Part shown: positions 50,713 through 62,548 of the stretch, one piece after another
Position numbering within the stretch: position 1 is the first letter of the stretch
Layout of the letters: every line of letters begins with the position of its first letter
Position numbers and translations under genes: made by a program
The notes under the pieces: generated by a model
The model's database searches: none
What the model was told of the DNA's origin: nothing
What the model saw: only the letters and a program-made list of their open reading frames with translations
Source of the DNA: Azolla caroliniana
Lineage: Eukaryota; Plantae; Polypodiophyta
Assembly: GCA_043228905.1 (NCBI GenBank)
Contig: JBHGNT010000012.1
Location: 12,524,001-12,588,000, forward strand
Direction of reading: 5' to 3'
Length of the DNA stretch: 64,000 bases

Positions 50713-52186
50713 ACGCGCAAGGAGAAGGGGAAGATGAAGATGCCGGAATACGGCACAAAGGCTAGCACTTCGGACTAGAGCGAATCCGATGTGGCCAGGA
50801 GCGAAGACGGACCTCACGAAATGGGGTTAGAGTCAGCCAAGAGGGCCATGAAATCGGTGAACCAAAAGTTGCGCCGATCCACCCGCCAAAAGAACCTCAT
50901 AAACTGGTATGGGTACAATGAACACATGGCCCATCACTATGCGTATATTGTGAAGGCAATGGAAGTGTGTGAGTTGAAGAGCTACATAGAGGTGGTGAAG
51001 GACGCAAATTGGCGAGCCACTAATGGAGAATGAAACATGGGACCTAGTTGATGCCCTCAAGGGTGTGAAGCCGGTTGAATGCAAGTGGGAACACAAAGTG
51101 AAGTACAACACTGACGGCTCCGTCAACCAGTACAAGGCCTGATTGGTGGACAAGGGTTATGCAAAGTAGCATGACATCAATTACGACAACACATTTGTGC
51201 CGGTTTCCAAAATGACAACCGTCTGGGTGTTGTATGCTATAGTGGCGGCAAAGGTATGACACTTGCACAAAATGGATATGAAGAACGCGTTCTGGCAAGG
51301 AGAGCTTGAGAAACAGATGTATATGGTGCAACCTCTGGATTTCAGTCTAGATTGAACACGTTGGTCCTCTTCTGATTAACAAGTCCCTTTACGAACTAAA
51401 GCAAGCCCTGCATGCGTGGAACGCAAAGATCACGCAAAGGCTACGTCGAATGTGGTTTGCTTCGTTGATGTTGGACTCATCATTGTTCACCTGGCAGGGT
51501 CGAAACGGGCCAGTAAGCATACTCCTATATGTGGATGACTTGGTCATCGATGACGGTGACTTGGAAGAAATCGGCCACATGAAGTCCCAACTTGCCGCAT
51601 CATTCGAAATGAATAATTTGGGGACCTTCAATACTTCCTTGTGATCAAAGTGATCTGCACCCTAGAAGGCGTACTGATTAGTCAAAGACATTATGTACTA
51701 AGTAAATATTCTCTTGATGTTCGGGATGATAGACTGCAAGTCTATCTTGACTCCTGTTGATAGAAATGTGAAGCTTCGCCAAGTATCGAGAATGACATGT
51801 GATGCGACACGAGCTTGTTATACTTGACCATCACCCGACCGTGACCTCAACTATGCAGTCAAACTGATTAATCAATTTATGTCACAAGAAACCATTGACC
51901 ACCTTCAGTGGACGTAGAAGATATTGCAATACGTCAGCGGCACAAAGGACATGGCGTTGTTGTATCATTAGGATTTTGTCCCTCCTAATGGGAGAAGTCG
52001 GCTATTGATTGGAAGAATCAACAGTTAGATTGGAGTCGACTAGTTGGGCCGACCCGATGGTCGAAAACAAGGTCTGCTAGTCCATTCGACTAGATAGTTG
52101 GCTTAGGAGTTGGCTAGTCGAATTGACTAGATTGTCGACTTGTGGGTCGGATAGTCGAATCGATCAGTTGACCGATTAATGTCGAT

Positions 52187-52223
<37 letters not shown>

Positions 52224-55058
52224 CAACAACTACATTTGTAAATAGCCCATACTATGTATGAGCATAAATACACCTATGGCAAACTTATTGTTGTGAATAG
52301 TAATGTGTGTATTGTGCCTCTGTTGTTGAGTGCAGAAGTGAGCGTAATAGAGAACAGGAAGAGACGCAAGAGTGCGCAAGTGAATGAGAGGCATAGTTGA
52401 GTGGAACTAGCCAAAACCCTAAGTGGGTATTCTTTGATTTACATAGATCTATAATATGTTTTTCCTTCCTGTTCATAGTGAAGATCTATTGTTCGTGGTT
52501 TTCCCCTGTTTTAGGGCTTCCGCGTAAAAAGTGTGTACTGTGTATTTTGTTGTTTCTAGATTGTGCAATTTTTCAGTCCATCAATCTCATAGATCTACGG
52601 TTCGGATCCCACGAACTGCCATTAGAGCGAGAGGTGCAAGAATGGAAGGAGGTGTGCGTGGCTTTCCAGGTATGATAGTCTTGAAATCACATAACTACTC
52701 TGATTGGAAGATCAAGATGGAAGATCTTTTGATAGTCAAAGATCTGTACCAACCCATAGATAGAAGTGAAATACCCATGGGGGTATTGGAGTTTGAATGG
52801 AAACTCTTAAACAGGAAGATGGTGGCCACCATCAGAAAGTGTGTAGATGTGAGTGTCATACAACGCATGGCTAACGACACAAACGCATATGAAATGTGGC
52901 ACAAATTGTCAGGGTTGTATGAGAGGAAGAATGCCCTCATCTAAACCTCTCTGATGAGAAAGATCGTGAGACTAAAGTACAGAGATGGAGAAAGCATCAT
53001 GGTACACATTAACACCTTCATGGGGTTCGTGAATCAGCTTGCGGCAACAAATTTCCTATTAGATGATGCTATGCAGGCCTTGTTAATGCTATGTACCCTG
53101 CCAGATAGCTGGGAGAACTTGGTGGTGTCTCGTAGTACCTCGTGTCAAGAAGGAAACATGTCTCTACAAGTGGTAAAGACAAGTATCTTGAACGAGGAGA
53201 CAAGAAGGAAGGACAAGAGTGTCCAGTCTCAGACGGAGGCAAATGTTGCACAACATTTGGATAGAGGAAGAACCAAGCAGAGGAGCCAATAGAACAGAGA
53301 AAAGTCTCATGCTAGGTTCAAGTCCAGAGGAAATCTCACATGTTTCTACTGTGGAAAACCTAGGCACTTCCAAAAGACTATCGACACCTTAAAAGGGAAA
53401 AAGGTCCTTCGACTGATGTTGAAGCTAGAAAGAAAGACTTCTGAAGAGAAGGACACTTCAGTCGTGACTACACGCGAAGAAGAGATTTTATTCATTTGCG
53501 AGCAAGAAAGTGCAAATATTGCAAATGAAGGGTGTGCTTGGGTGATAGAATCCGATGTATCGTTCCATATAACTCCCTCATGAGAGTGCTTCTCGTCTTA
53601 CAGAGTTGGTGACTATGGCTATGTAAAAGTGGGAGACAATGGAGAATGCAAGATAGCCAGCATCGGAAGTGTATGCTTGACAACGTCGCCGGTTGTTGGT
53701 TGACCCTTGTTATCAACTTAGGATAACACTCTATCGGATCTCTAGTCCTTTGGCGATTCGACTCAAGGTCTTCTGGTCGGGGATAACGCGTGGTTCGATA
53801 TGCCTGGAATGAGTTCGATGATTTCGAACTACAAACTTAAATAGCGATCGAATCTGAAACTGTGCGATTATGGAGATGACAAGATGGCTACAACTGACTG
53901 TATACACATGTTACGCGGACGTGAACTCAACACAAATGAAGGACAACACAATGCTCACAGTATTGGAGACAAACAAAATTCTATTAAGCAAAAACAATAC
54001 ACAATCCTTCGATCCTCTCTTACAAGCTTTCCATGGCCCTTTATATAGGCTCATGGACAGTTATGTCTACGTGTGAACCGTTATGTCTATTTGTAAAGAA
54101 TCGGGTATGATTCTTGTGAAGTAGAAAAGATGTGTGTTATATGTATGTGTGAGAGCAAAGAGATGAGAGAAGAGAAACACAAGATAGATTAGTTAGAATG
54201 GAAAATAGAATACTCAAGAAGAAGGTGTATGTAAAATAGAAAATACAAATTGTAGCATTACAAGGCGTCACAACCGACTTAATATGAAGTATGAGGAGGG
54301 TGATTTATATATAGTCACCCTCTCTCTTCATTAACTAACTACAACAACCACTCTCTCTTTGGGAATGCGAAGACTCATAGTCATGGGGAATATGTAACTC
54401 ATTAGCTATGTGTCATAGAATATGATTCTATGACACATAGTTAATGTGTAGAGAGTAGTGGTGTGACTCTTGACTAGATTCTCAAAAGGTGTGTTCACAT
54501 GTTGCACTATGTTGCACTAGTAACTCAACTTGGGTAGGTTCCTTTCGGTTGATGTCCGCTTCGGCTGGTGTCCGGTTCGGATGGTATCCGGTTCTCGCTT
54601 GTACTCCCCCTCACGCTTGGCAAGTCAGGGATCGTCAATCCAAGGTCTGACATGAATTGCCGAAGCTTGTTGGCTTCAAGGGCCTTGTTGAAGATGTCAA
54701 CTGTTTGAAGATTCGTGTTGATGTGCAGAAGATCGACAACTCCGGCCTGAAGACGCCGTCGAATGAAGTGGTAGTGCACTTCGATACGCTTTATGCGTGT
54801 GTGGAACACCGGGTTCTGAGCCAGATATATACTGCTCATGTTGTTGCAGTAAGTGGGAGTTGGGTCTTGGATAGGAACCCCTAGATCCTTCAAAATCCTC
54901 TTGAGCCATACGGCTTCACATGTAGCTACGACTGCGCCCCTGTATTCAGCCTCCATACTCGAAAGTGCGACGGTAGGCTGCTTCTTACTGCTTGAAGATA
55001 TTGCTCCGCTATCGAGCGAGAAGACAAATCTGGAGGTCGATCGTCAATCGTCGACTTT
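50713..55058. mobile_element. Duplicate of the Copia RT fragment, old Tork-like LTR/gag, LTR fragments and Copia RNase H
   Basis: Near-identical to 22481-26850. Confidence 0.9.
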
Positions 55059-58000
55059 CTACAATACGCAGATGCGTCCTTCTGCGTTGTTGGCCACCAT
55101 AAGCCCGCCTGCAGTACTTTCCGGGTTGTAACGTCGCCCGCGTAATGGACGCTTGCCGTGCCGCAATGTGCCTCCCGTAAAACTGCTTCCTCTCATCCTG
55201 CTGTACCCCACGTCGCCAAATGCCGTCACTTCCTTTGTGATATAAAACGCCTTCGACGAGGCAGAAGCGACGGCTTCAAACGGCTAGCCGTTTCTTCTCG
55301 TCCGTGCGTAATTGTGGTGGAGGCAGTCCCGTAGTCAAAAAGTACGTCATTTCCATAAGCCACCGGTCCGGAAAGGTCGATTCCGTTCTTTCTGCTAGTG
55401 TCGCTACCCGCAGGATATCGGCGTTCGGAAAATCGTCGTCATCTTTTTGTACTGTTTCTCCATTATCCAGTCTGCTAAAAGAATCCGCCACTGCGTGTTG
55501 CGTCCCTAGTCGGTGTTGGATTACGAGATCGAATTCCTGGAGCAGCAGCATCCACCGCGCCAATTTCCCTGTTAGGGCTTGTTTCTCCACCAAATATAGT
55601 AGCGCTGAATGATCCACGTGGAACGTGAATTTCCTTCCTAATAAAAAGTGCCGGAATTTATTGATGCTATAGATCATCCCTAGCGCCTCCCGCTCCGTTG
55701 TGGAGTAGTTACGCTCTGAGTGCACTTCCTATTGCTATGTCCGAGGCGTCGACGAACACGTGGAATGGCTTCGCCCAAACTGGTGGTTGTACGACGGGAG
55801 CCTATGTGACCATTATCTGAAGTGCCTCGTAGGCCTTATCCTCCGTTGCAGTTCATTGGAAAGGAGTTCGATGTACGGCAGCGTGTAACGGCGTGGCGAA
55901 GTCCGCCAAATACCATATCATTCGACTATGCCACTGTATTTGTCCTAAAAACCGGCTGAGTGATTTGGCGTTTGTCGGAGTTTTGGCTTGCGTAATCGCA
56001 GAGATTTTGTTCAGGTCAACCGCTATTCCCTCCTTGCTGACTATATGGCCCAGGAGAGTCCCGCTGGTCACACCGAAAGCACATTTCACGGAATTCAGGC
56101 TTAAGCGTGCGGTGCGGCAACGTTCCAGGCACAGTTGTAAGTGTGAAAAATGGTCTAATTTTCTCCCATATACCGCAAAGTCGTCTAAAAAAACTTGCAT
56201 GAACGCCGGAATGTATTCCCCAAAGATCTCCATAATTGTCCGTTGAAATGTTGCCGACGCCGTCTTTAGCCCGAACATCATGACGACTGCCACATATACT
56301 CCCTAGTCCGTGACAAATGCCGTCTTTTCTTGGTCCTCGGGATGCATGTGTACCTGGTTATAGCCACTGAAGCCATCTAAAAAACTGTACATCTCATGGC
56401 CTGCGATGACGTTTAGTACGCTATCGGTGAAGGGTAAGGGAAATGCGTCCGTAATGGTGACGACGTTTAATTTTTGGTAATCTATGCATACCCGTATTTT
56501 GCCGTTTTTCTTTGGAACGGCCACTATCGGGCTTAACCATGTCGCTTGTTTAACTGGTCGTATGAACCCCACCTTCAGGAGCTTGTCAATTTCTTCTTTC
56601 ACGCGGGTCGTGTAGTTCGGGTTCATGCGGTAGCGGCGCTGTTGGATGGGTTTCGCGTCGGTTGCTAAATTGATCTTATGCTGATAGAACTTGGGATCTA
56701 ACCCCTTCATGTCCTCGTGAGCCCAAGCGAACACATCCTTATATTCCGTGAGTAGTGCGACCCATCGTGTTTCTCTGGTCCAGCCTTAATTCATTTGCGA
56801 TGGAGAGGAAACGAGGCTCCGATTCCATACCCATATTTACTTCTTTGAGGGTGGACGCGGTGGCTCGTCGTGAAATCTCCATTTCCCTTTCGAATGCCGC
56901 ACGTGCTCTGCTGAGTTCCAATATGGACTCTGGGTTTGGTTCGTAAGGCTCGTCGTGGAGAACAATGGTCGTGCCATATTCTGTCGCGGTTGCGATGACG
57001 TCTATTTCAAACAGCGGAATAATCCGAGGGTGCTCATCGAGGTATGCCTCTAATTCTACATCCTCCATCCCGGCCAACATATTTATATCTTTTGCGTATA
57101 ATCGTGTTCTACCCTTCGGTTGTGGCGTGCTTCCTTCCGTAGGTACGTGAACCTTGGCACGTCCGTGTCGGAAACTGATACACTTTTGTTGCCAGCTCTG
57201 CTTGAAATTTGCTGCCCGAAGCCATGGTCTGCCCAGAAGCACTGGGTACGCCCCTGGGGCGTCCAAGGCAAGGACGACCGCCGAGATGTCGAATCAGTGT
57301 CTGCCCACGATAATGCCTATTTTGCGAATTAACCCTAATGGTCGTACTGAGCGAGTATTTGCCATTCGGAGCCAGAATGGCCAAGCCTCCCATTCTGAAA
57401 TGCCTAACTGCTCACAAGTTTTCGCGCTAATTACATTGACGCCTGAGACACCATCGATTACGCATCCAGGAATTTCCTGTCCGTGTAATATTAATGTAAT
57501 AGCCAGGTTGTGGTGATCCACTACCGGCGGTCCATTGCTAACGTCTGTAAGGTTTGTCGCGATACTCACCCCAGGTATGCCTGTCACCCGTTCTTCCATG
57601 GTCTGGCGGAAGCGTGGGACTAGCTGCAGTAGTTTCTCGATGGTTAACGTTACCTCACAGCCCGCTAACGCCTGCCAAATGGGGTCTGGGACCGGTCTTT
57701 CGTCCTCTGCTCGCTCCATTGTGTTCACACACTCCTTCCTGTCGGGAATCAACGCTTCGATTCACCTTCACCGTTTCGGCCACAACCGAGAGATCGCAAA
57801 TCAATGCAGCAGAAAATAGGAAACACAGAGAAAGACACGATAACACAGGGATTAACGTGGAAAACCCTAAACGGGAAAAACCACGGGAGTACAAGACTCC
57901 AAACCAACACTATACAGAGAAGTATACAATGGCGAGCTGCAAGGCGACGACCTTGAGCTCGCTGTCCTCGCCACAGGCGGCGGTAATACACAGAGGCAAC

Positions 58001-58217
58001 GACCTCCTCGTTTCTCTCTCTCTCTCTCTCTCGGCTGCTCTCACTTCGCTCCCTCTAAGTGGAAAACAGAAAATGAGCAGCAACATAAAACTGTTTGCCC
58101 TAAGTCATATTTATACACATATGACTTTCGGGCTATTTACAAATATAGCCTCAAGGGCCCTTGGCAAACATATTCACAAATATGTCCCCACATCCGGATC
58201 TCTCTCCGGGTACATTC

Positions 58218-58403
58218 ATCATCCGGCTCCGTAGCCGGGGTCTTCGTCATCCGGCTCCGTAACCGGGGTCTTCGTCATCCGGCTCCGTAACCGGGGTCTT
58301 CATCATCCGGCTCCGTAGCCGGGTCTTCATCATCCGGCTCCGTAGCCGGGTCTTCATCATCCGGCTCCGTAGCCGGGTCTTCGTCATCCGGCTCCGTAAC
58401 CGC
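58218..58403. repeat. 27-28-bp tandem repeat in the Copia LTR U3, 7 copies (5 copies in the other LTR, 63058-63187)
   Basis: Unit CATCCGGCTCCGTA(G/A)CCGGG(G)TCTTC(A/G)T. Confidence 0.92.
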
Positions 58404-58474
58404 AACCGGGCTTGCCGTCATTCATCTCCGGACATCCCATCCGGAGGGACCGTAAATCCCAACAAACTCCCCCT

Positions 58475-61400
58475 TCACTTCGGCATGGGATGTCTCTCCA
58501 ATCCGATCCTCTTCCGGCATGCTTCCAGCTTGTCGGGTGTAAGTACCTTAGTCAGCATATCCGACCCGTTCTCGTCCGTGTGGATCTTCGTCAGCACGAA
58601 CTCCTTGTCTTCTATCCTTTCCCGGATCCAGTGATATCTTCGCTGGATGTGCTTCGTCCGGGAGTGATAGGCCGCGTTCTTCGCAAGGTGGATGGCACTC
58701 TGACTGTCGCAGTAGAGTCGGTACTCCTCCTGCCGGATACCGAGCTCTCTAATGAAGTCCTTCATCCATATTATTTCCTTGCCGGCTTCAACAGCCGCCA
58801 TGTACTCCGCCTCCGTGGTTGACAGTGCAACCGTCTTCTGCAGCCTCGACTGCCATGAAACAGCTCCCCCTGCATACGTCATCACATACCCTGATGTGGA
58901 CCGGCTGGTATCTGCATCAGCCGACATATCCGAATCGGTAAATCCATCGAGTTCGGGCTTACCGGAGCCGAATCGGAGGCACATGTTTGCCGTGCCCTTC
59001 AGGTATCGGAGTATCCATTTGACCGCGTTCCAATGCTCTTTGCCGGGATTGCTCATGTACCGGCTCACCACTCCGACTGCATATCCTATGTCCGGTCGGG
59101 TACACACCATCGCGTACATCAAGCTCCCGACGGCAGAGGCATATGGTACTTTCATCATGTCCTCCTTCTCAACCTTTGTCTTGGGGCTTTGCTTGCTGGA
59201 CAGCTTGCAGTTTGCCGGGAGTGTTGACCCCACCGGTCTTGCTTCCGACATGTTGAACCGGTGAAGCACCTTTGTCACGTACTTCTCCTGTGACAACCAC
59301 AACTGCTTCTTCTTCCGGTCCCGGATGATGTGCATCCCTAGTATTTGCCTCGCCGGACCCAGGTCCTTCATTGAGAAGGTTCGGTGAAGTGCTTTCTTCA
59401 GCATCCGTATCTTACCCTGGTCCCGTCCGACGATCAACATGTCGTCCACGTACAGGAGGAGCATTAGAAAGTCTCCTCCTTCGAACTTCTTCACAAACAC
59501 GCAGTGATCAGTCTGCGTTTTGTGGTACCCTTCGTCTGTCATGAAGGAGTCGAACTTCCGGTACCATTGCCGGGGAGCCTGCTTCAGACCGTAGAGGCTC
59601 TTCTTCAACCGGCATACCAGGTGCTCCCTTCCTTTCTTCTCGAATCCTTCCGGTTGCTGCATGTAGATCTCTTCTTCGAGGTCACCGTGAAGGAATGCCG
59701 TCTTCACGTCCATCTGTTCTACCTCGAGGTCCATGCTTGCCGCTATGCTCAGCACCGTCCGGATGGAGGTCATCTTCACTACCGGGGCAAATATCTCGTC
59801 GAAGTCCACACCCTTCTTCTGCTGGAACCCCTTCACCACGATCCTGGCTTTGTATCTCGGGGGGTTTCCGGCATCTCCCGGTTTCAGCTTGAACACCCAC
59901 TTGTTACGGAGTGCCCGTTTTCCTTTCGGCAACTCCACAAGTTCATATGTGTGGTTCTCATGCAGGGAATCCATCTCCTCCTGCATGGCACTTAACCACC
60001 TGCGGCTATGGGTGTCATGCTTTGCTTCTTCAAAGCTCTCCGGCTCCCCCTCGTCGGTTAGCAGCACGTGCTCTGGTTCCAGAAATCTCCGGGGGGGCCT
60101 TCTCTCTCTTAGAGGATGTCTCCGTTCCGGAGCTTCGGTAACCGGTTCTTCCGATTCTTCTTCATCCGAATCCATTTCGGGATCGGGGCCGGTTCCGGTA
60201 TCATTTTCATCTTCTTCGGCCGGTTCTGTTTCTTCACCGTCTTCGGCCGGATCCTCGAGTGCTAACCGGTCTCTTGCCGGTCGGGACTGCTCCTTGTAGA
60301 GTTGATCCTCACCGGTCGACTTGGAGCTCTTCATCTTCTTCTCCGACTCCCAGTCGGCGAGTGTCTTGTCCTCCATGAAGATGATATCGCGACTCCGGAA
60401 TATCTTCTTGTCGACCGGGTCCCATACTCGGTAGCCGAACTCGTCGTTGCCGTAACCGAGGAATATGCATGGCCGGGTCTTTGGATCTAGCTTTCCTCTC
60501 CGGTCCTTTGCCACATGCACATATGCGAGACACCCGAACACCTTCAGATGCCGGTAGGATACTTCCCTACCGGTCCACACTCTCTGCGGCGTGTCTCCAT
60601 CCAAAGGTACTGAGGGTGATCTGTTTATCACGTATGTCGCCGTCGACATTGCCTCAGCCCAAAACCCCTTGGGTAATTTCGCATGCGCCAGCATACTCCG
60701 GACCCTCTCCATTATGGTCCGGTTCATCCTCTCGGCCAGCCCGTTCAGTTCCGGCGTCTTCGGCACAGTAAACTCGAGCCGGATTCCCTTCGAGCGACAG
60801 TACTCCGCGAACTGCCCCCGGTATTCCCCTCCGTTATCCGCTCGTATCGCTTTCAGCTTCTTGCCGGATTCCCTTTCCACTCTCGCGTGGAGTTCTTTGA
60901 AGACGGACAATACTTGGTCCTTTGTCTTCAACGGTGCCGTCCACAGCTTCTGGCTGTGATCATCTATGAATGTCACGAAGTACTGGGCTCCGCCATGTGA
61001 CTTCGTTTATACTTGACACACGTCAGTATGCACCAGCTCCAATGGTGCACTACGTCTCGTCGGTGGCCTTGAGTGGAAGGAGGTCCGGTTTTGCTTACCG
61101 GCCAGGCAGTCGGTGCACTTCTCCAGGTGCACATGCTTCACTGGAATAAGGTTGTCTTCTGCAAGCCTCTTCATCCCCTTCTCACTCATGTGGCACAGTC
61201 TCTTGTGCCACAGCTCACCGGCAGTGTCGGCTGCCACGTTCAGCTCCTCCGGACATAGCCGGGAATTCATCAGGTATAGTGTGTTGACCTTCCGGGCCCG
61301 AGCCACTATAAGGCTCCCTTTGCTGAACTTCATGACACCGTTCCGGATGCTACCCGTGTAGCCTTCATCATCTAGCCTCCCGGCCGAGATCAGGTTCAAT

Positions 61401-62548
61401 CGAACCTCCGGAACGTGTCGGACATCCTTCAGCAGCATTTTGCATCCGGTTGATGTCATCAGCCACACGTCTCCTATGCCGGCAATCCGGCACGTACCTT
61501 CATTTCCCATCCGGACACAGCCATGCTCACCAGCTGTGTATGATGAGAAGTATCTTCTCTCCGGGGTCAGGTGGAACGACGCTCCGGAATCGACCACCCA
61601 GGTCATCTCTTCACCGGCAAGGTTAAGCTCCCACTCTTCGGTAATGAGCATTATCTCTTCTTCACTTGCCGCGAGTGCCGTCGTTCCTTTCCGGTCCTGC
61701 CCTCGCCGATCCGGACCTCTCCGGTCCGTGGCTCCCCGGTATGCACCGTTTCTCTCCGGCGACTTCTTCGAATCGGTGTCGTCGGCTCCATTGTCTTTTC
61801 GGTAATGCCGACAATTCTTCCGGAAGTGCCCCGGCTTCCCACAGTGGAAGCATGTGGGCCTTCCTCTTGACTGCGACCGGGTCCCCGACTTCTCCCGTCT
61901 TTGAGGACTCCGGTTCCATTGTCTTCCCCGATCCGATTCGGTAAGCAGCGCCTTCGAGTCGGAGGCCGGTTCTTTATCTCTCCGACGCGCTTCTTCGTTC
62001 AAAATACTTGTCTTTACCGTTTGTAGGGACAAGTTATCTTCCGTGCAGGAGGTGCTGAGAGTCACCACCAAGTTCTCCCAGCTTTCCGGCAACGTACACA
62101 TCAGAATGATGGCTTGCATTGCATCCTCCAACGGGAACTTGATCGCCGCAACCTGATTCACGAATCCCATGAACGTGCTTACGTGTTCCACCATACTCTC
62201 GCCGTCCCGGTACTTGAGGTTCACTATCTTCCTCATCAGGGAGGTCCGGTTCAACGCATTCTTCCTCTCGTAGAGGCCCGACAGCTTACGCCACATCTCA
62301 TATGCGTTGGTGTCGTTCGCCACATGTTGTAGAACGCTCACGTCGACGTATTGCCGAATGGTTGCAACGGCTTTCCGGTTCAGAAGCCTCCATTCCGTCT
62401 CAAGTACCCCCTTCGGTATTTCCGACCTGTCAATCGGTTCGTACAGGTCCCGAACAATCAGAAGATCCTCCATCTTGATCTTCCAGTCGGCGTAGTTCTG
62501 CGCATTCAGCACCATCATCCCCGGCTGCCCGCTGCTGCCGCCTTCCAT
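58475..62548 (-). pseudogene. Copia gag-pol polyprotein (gag, PR, INT, RT, RNase H) with a single in-frame TAA at 61007-61009
   Basis: ATG 62548 MEGGSSG. CFHCGKPGHFRKNC; WVVDSGASFH; WHKRLCH..CTDC; HTDVCQV*TKS; DNGGEY; MDVKTAFLHG; LYGLKQAPRQW; LYVDD; STTEAEY. The two listed ORFs are in the same frame. Confidence 0.95.

Noticed and set aside
57554-58234. 226-aa plus-strand ORF and other antisense ORFs over the Copia
   Set aside because: It crosses the insertion junction. These are shadow ORFs of GC-rich sequence with no recognisable domain.
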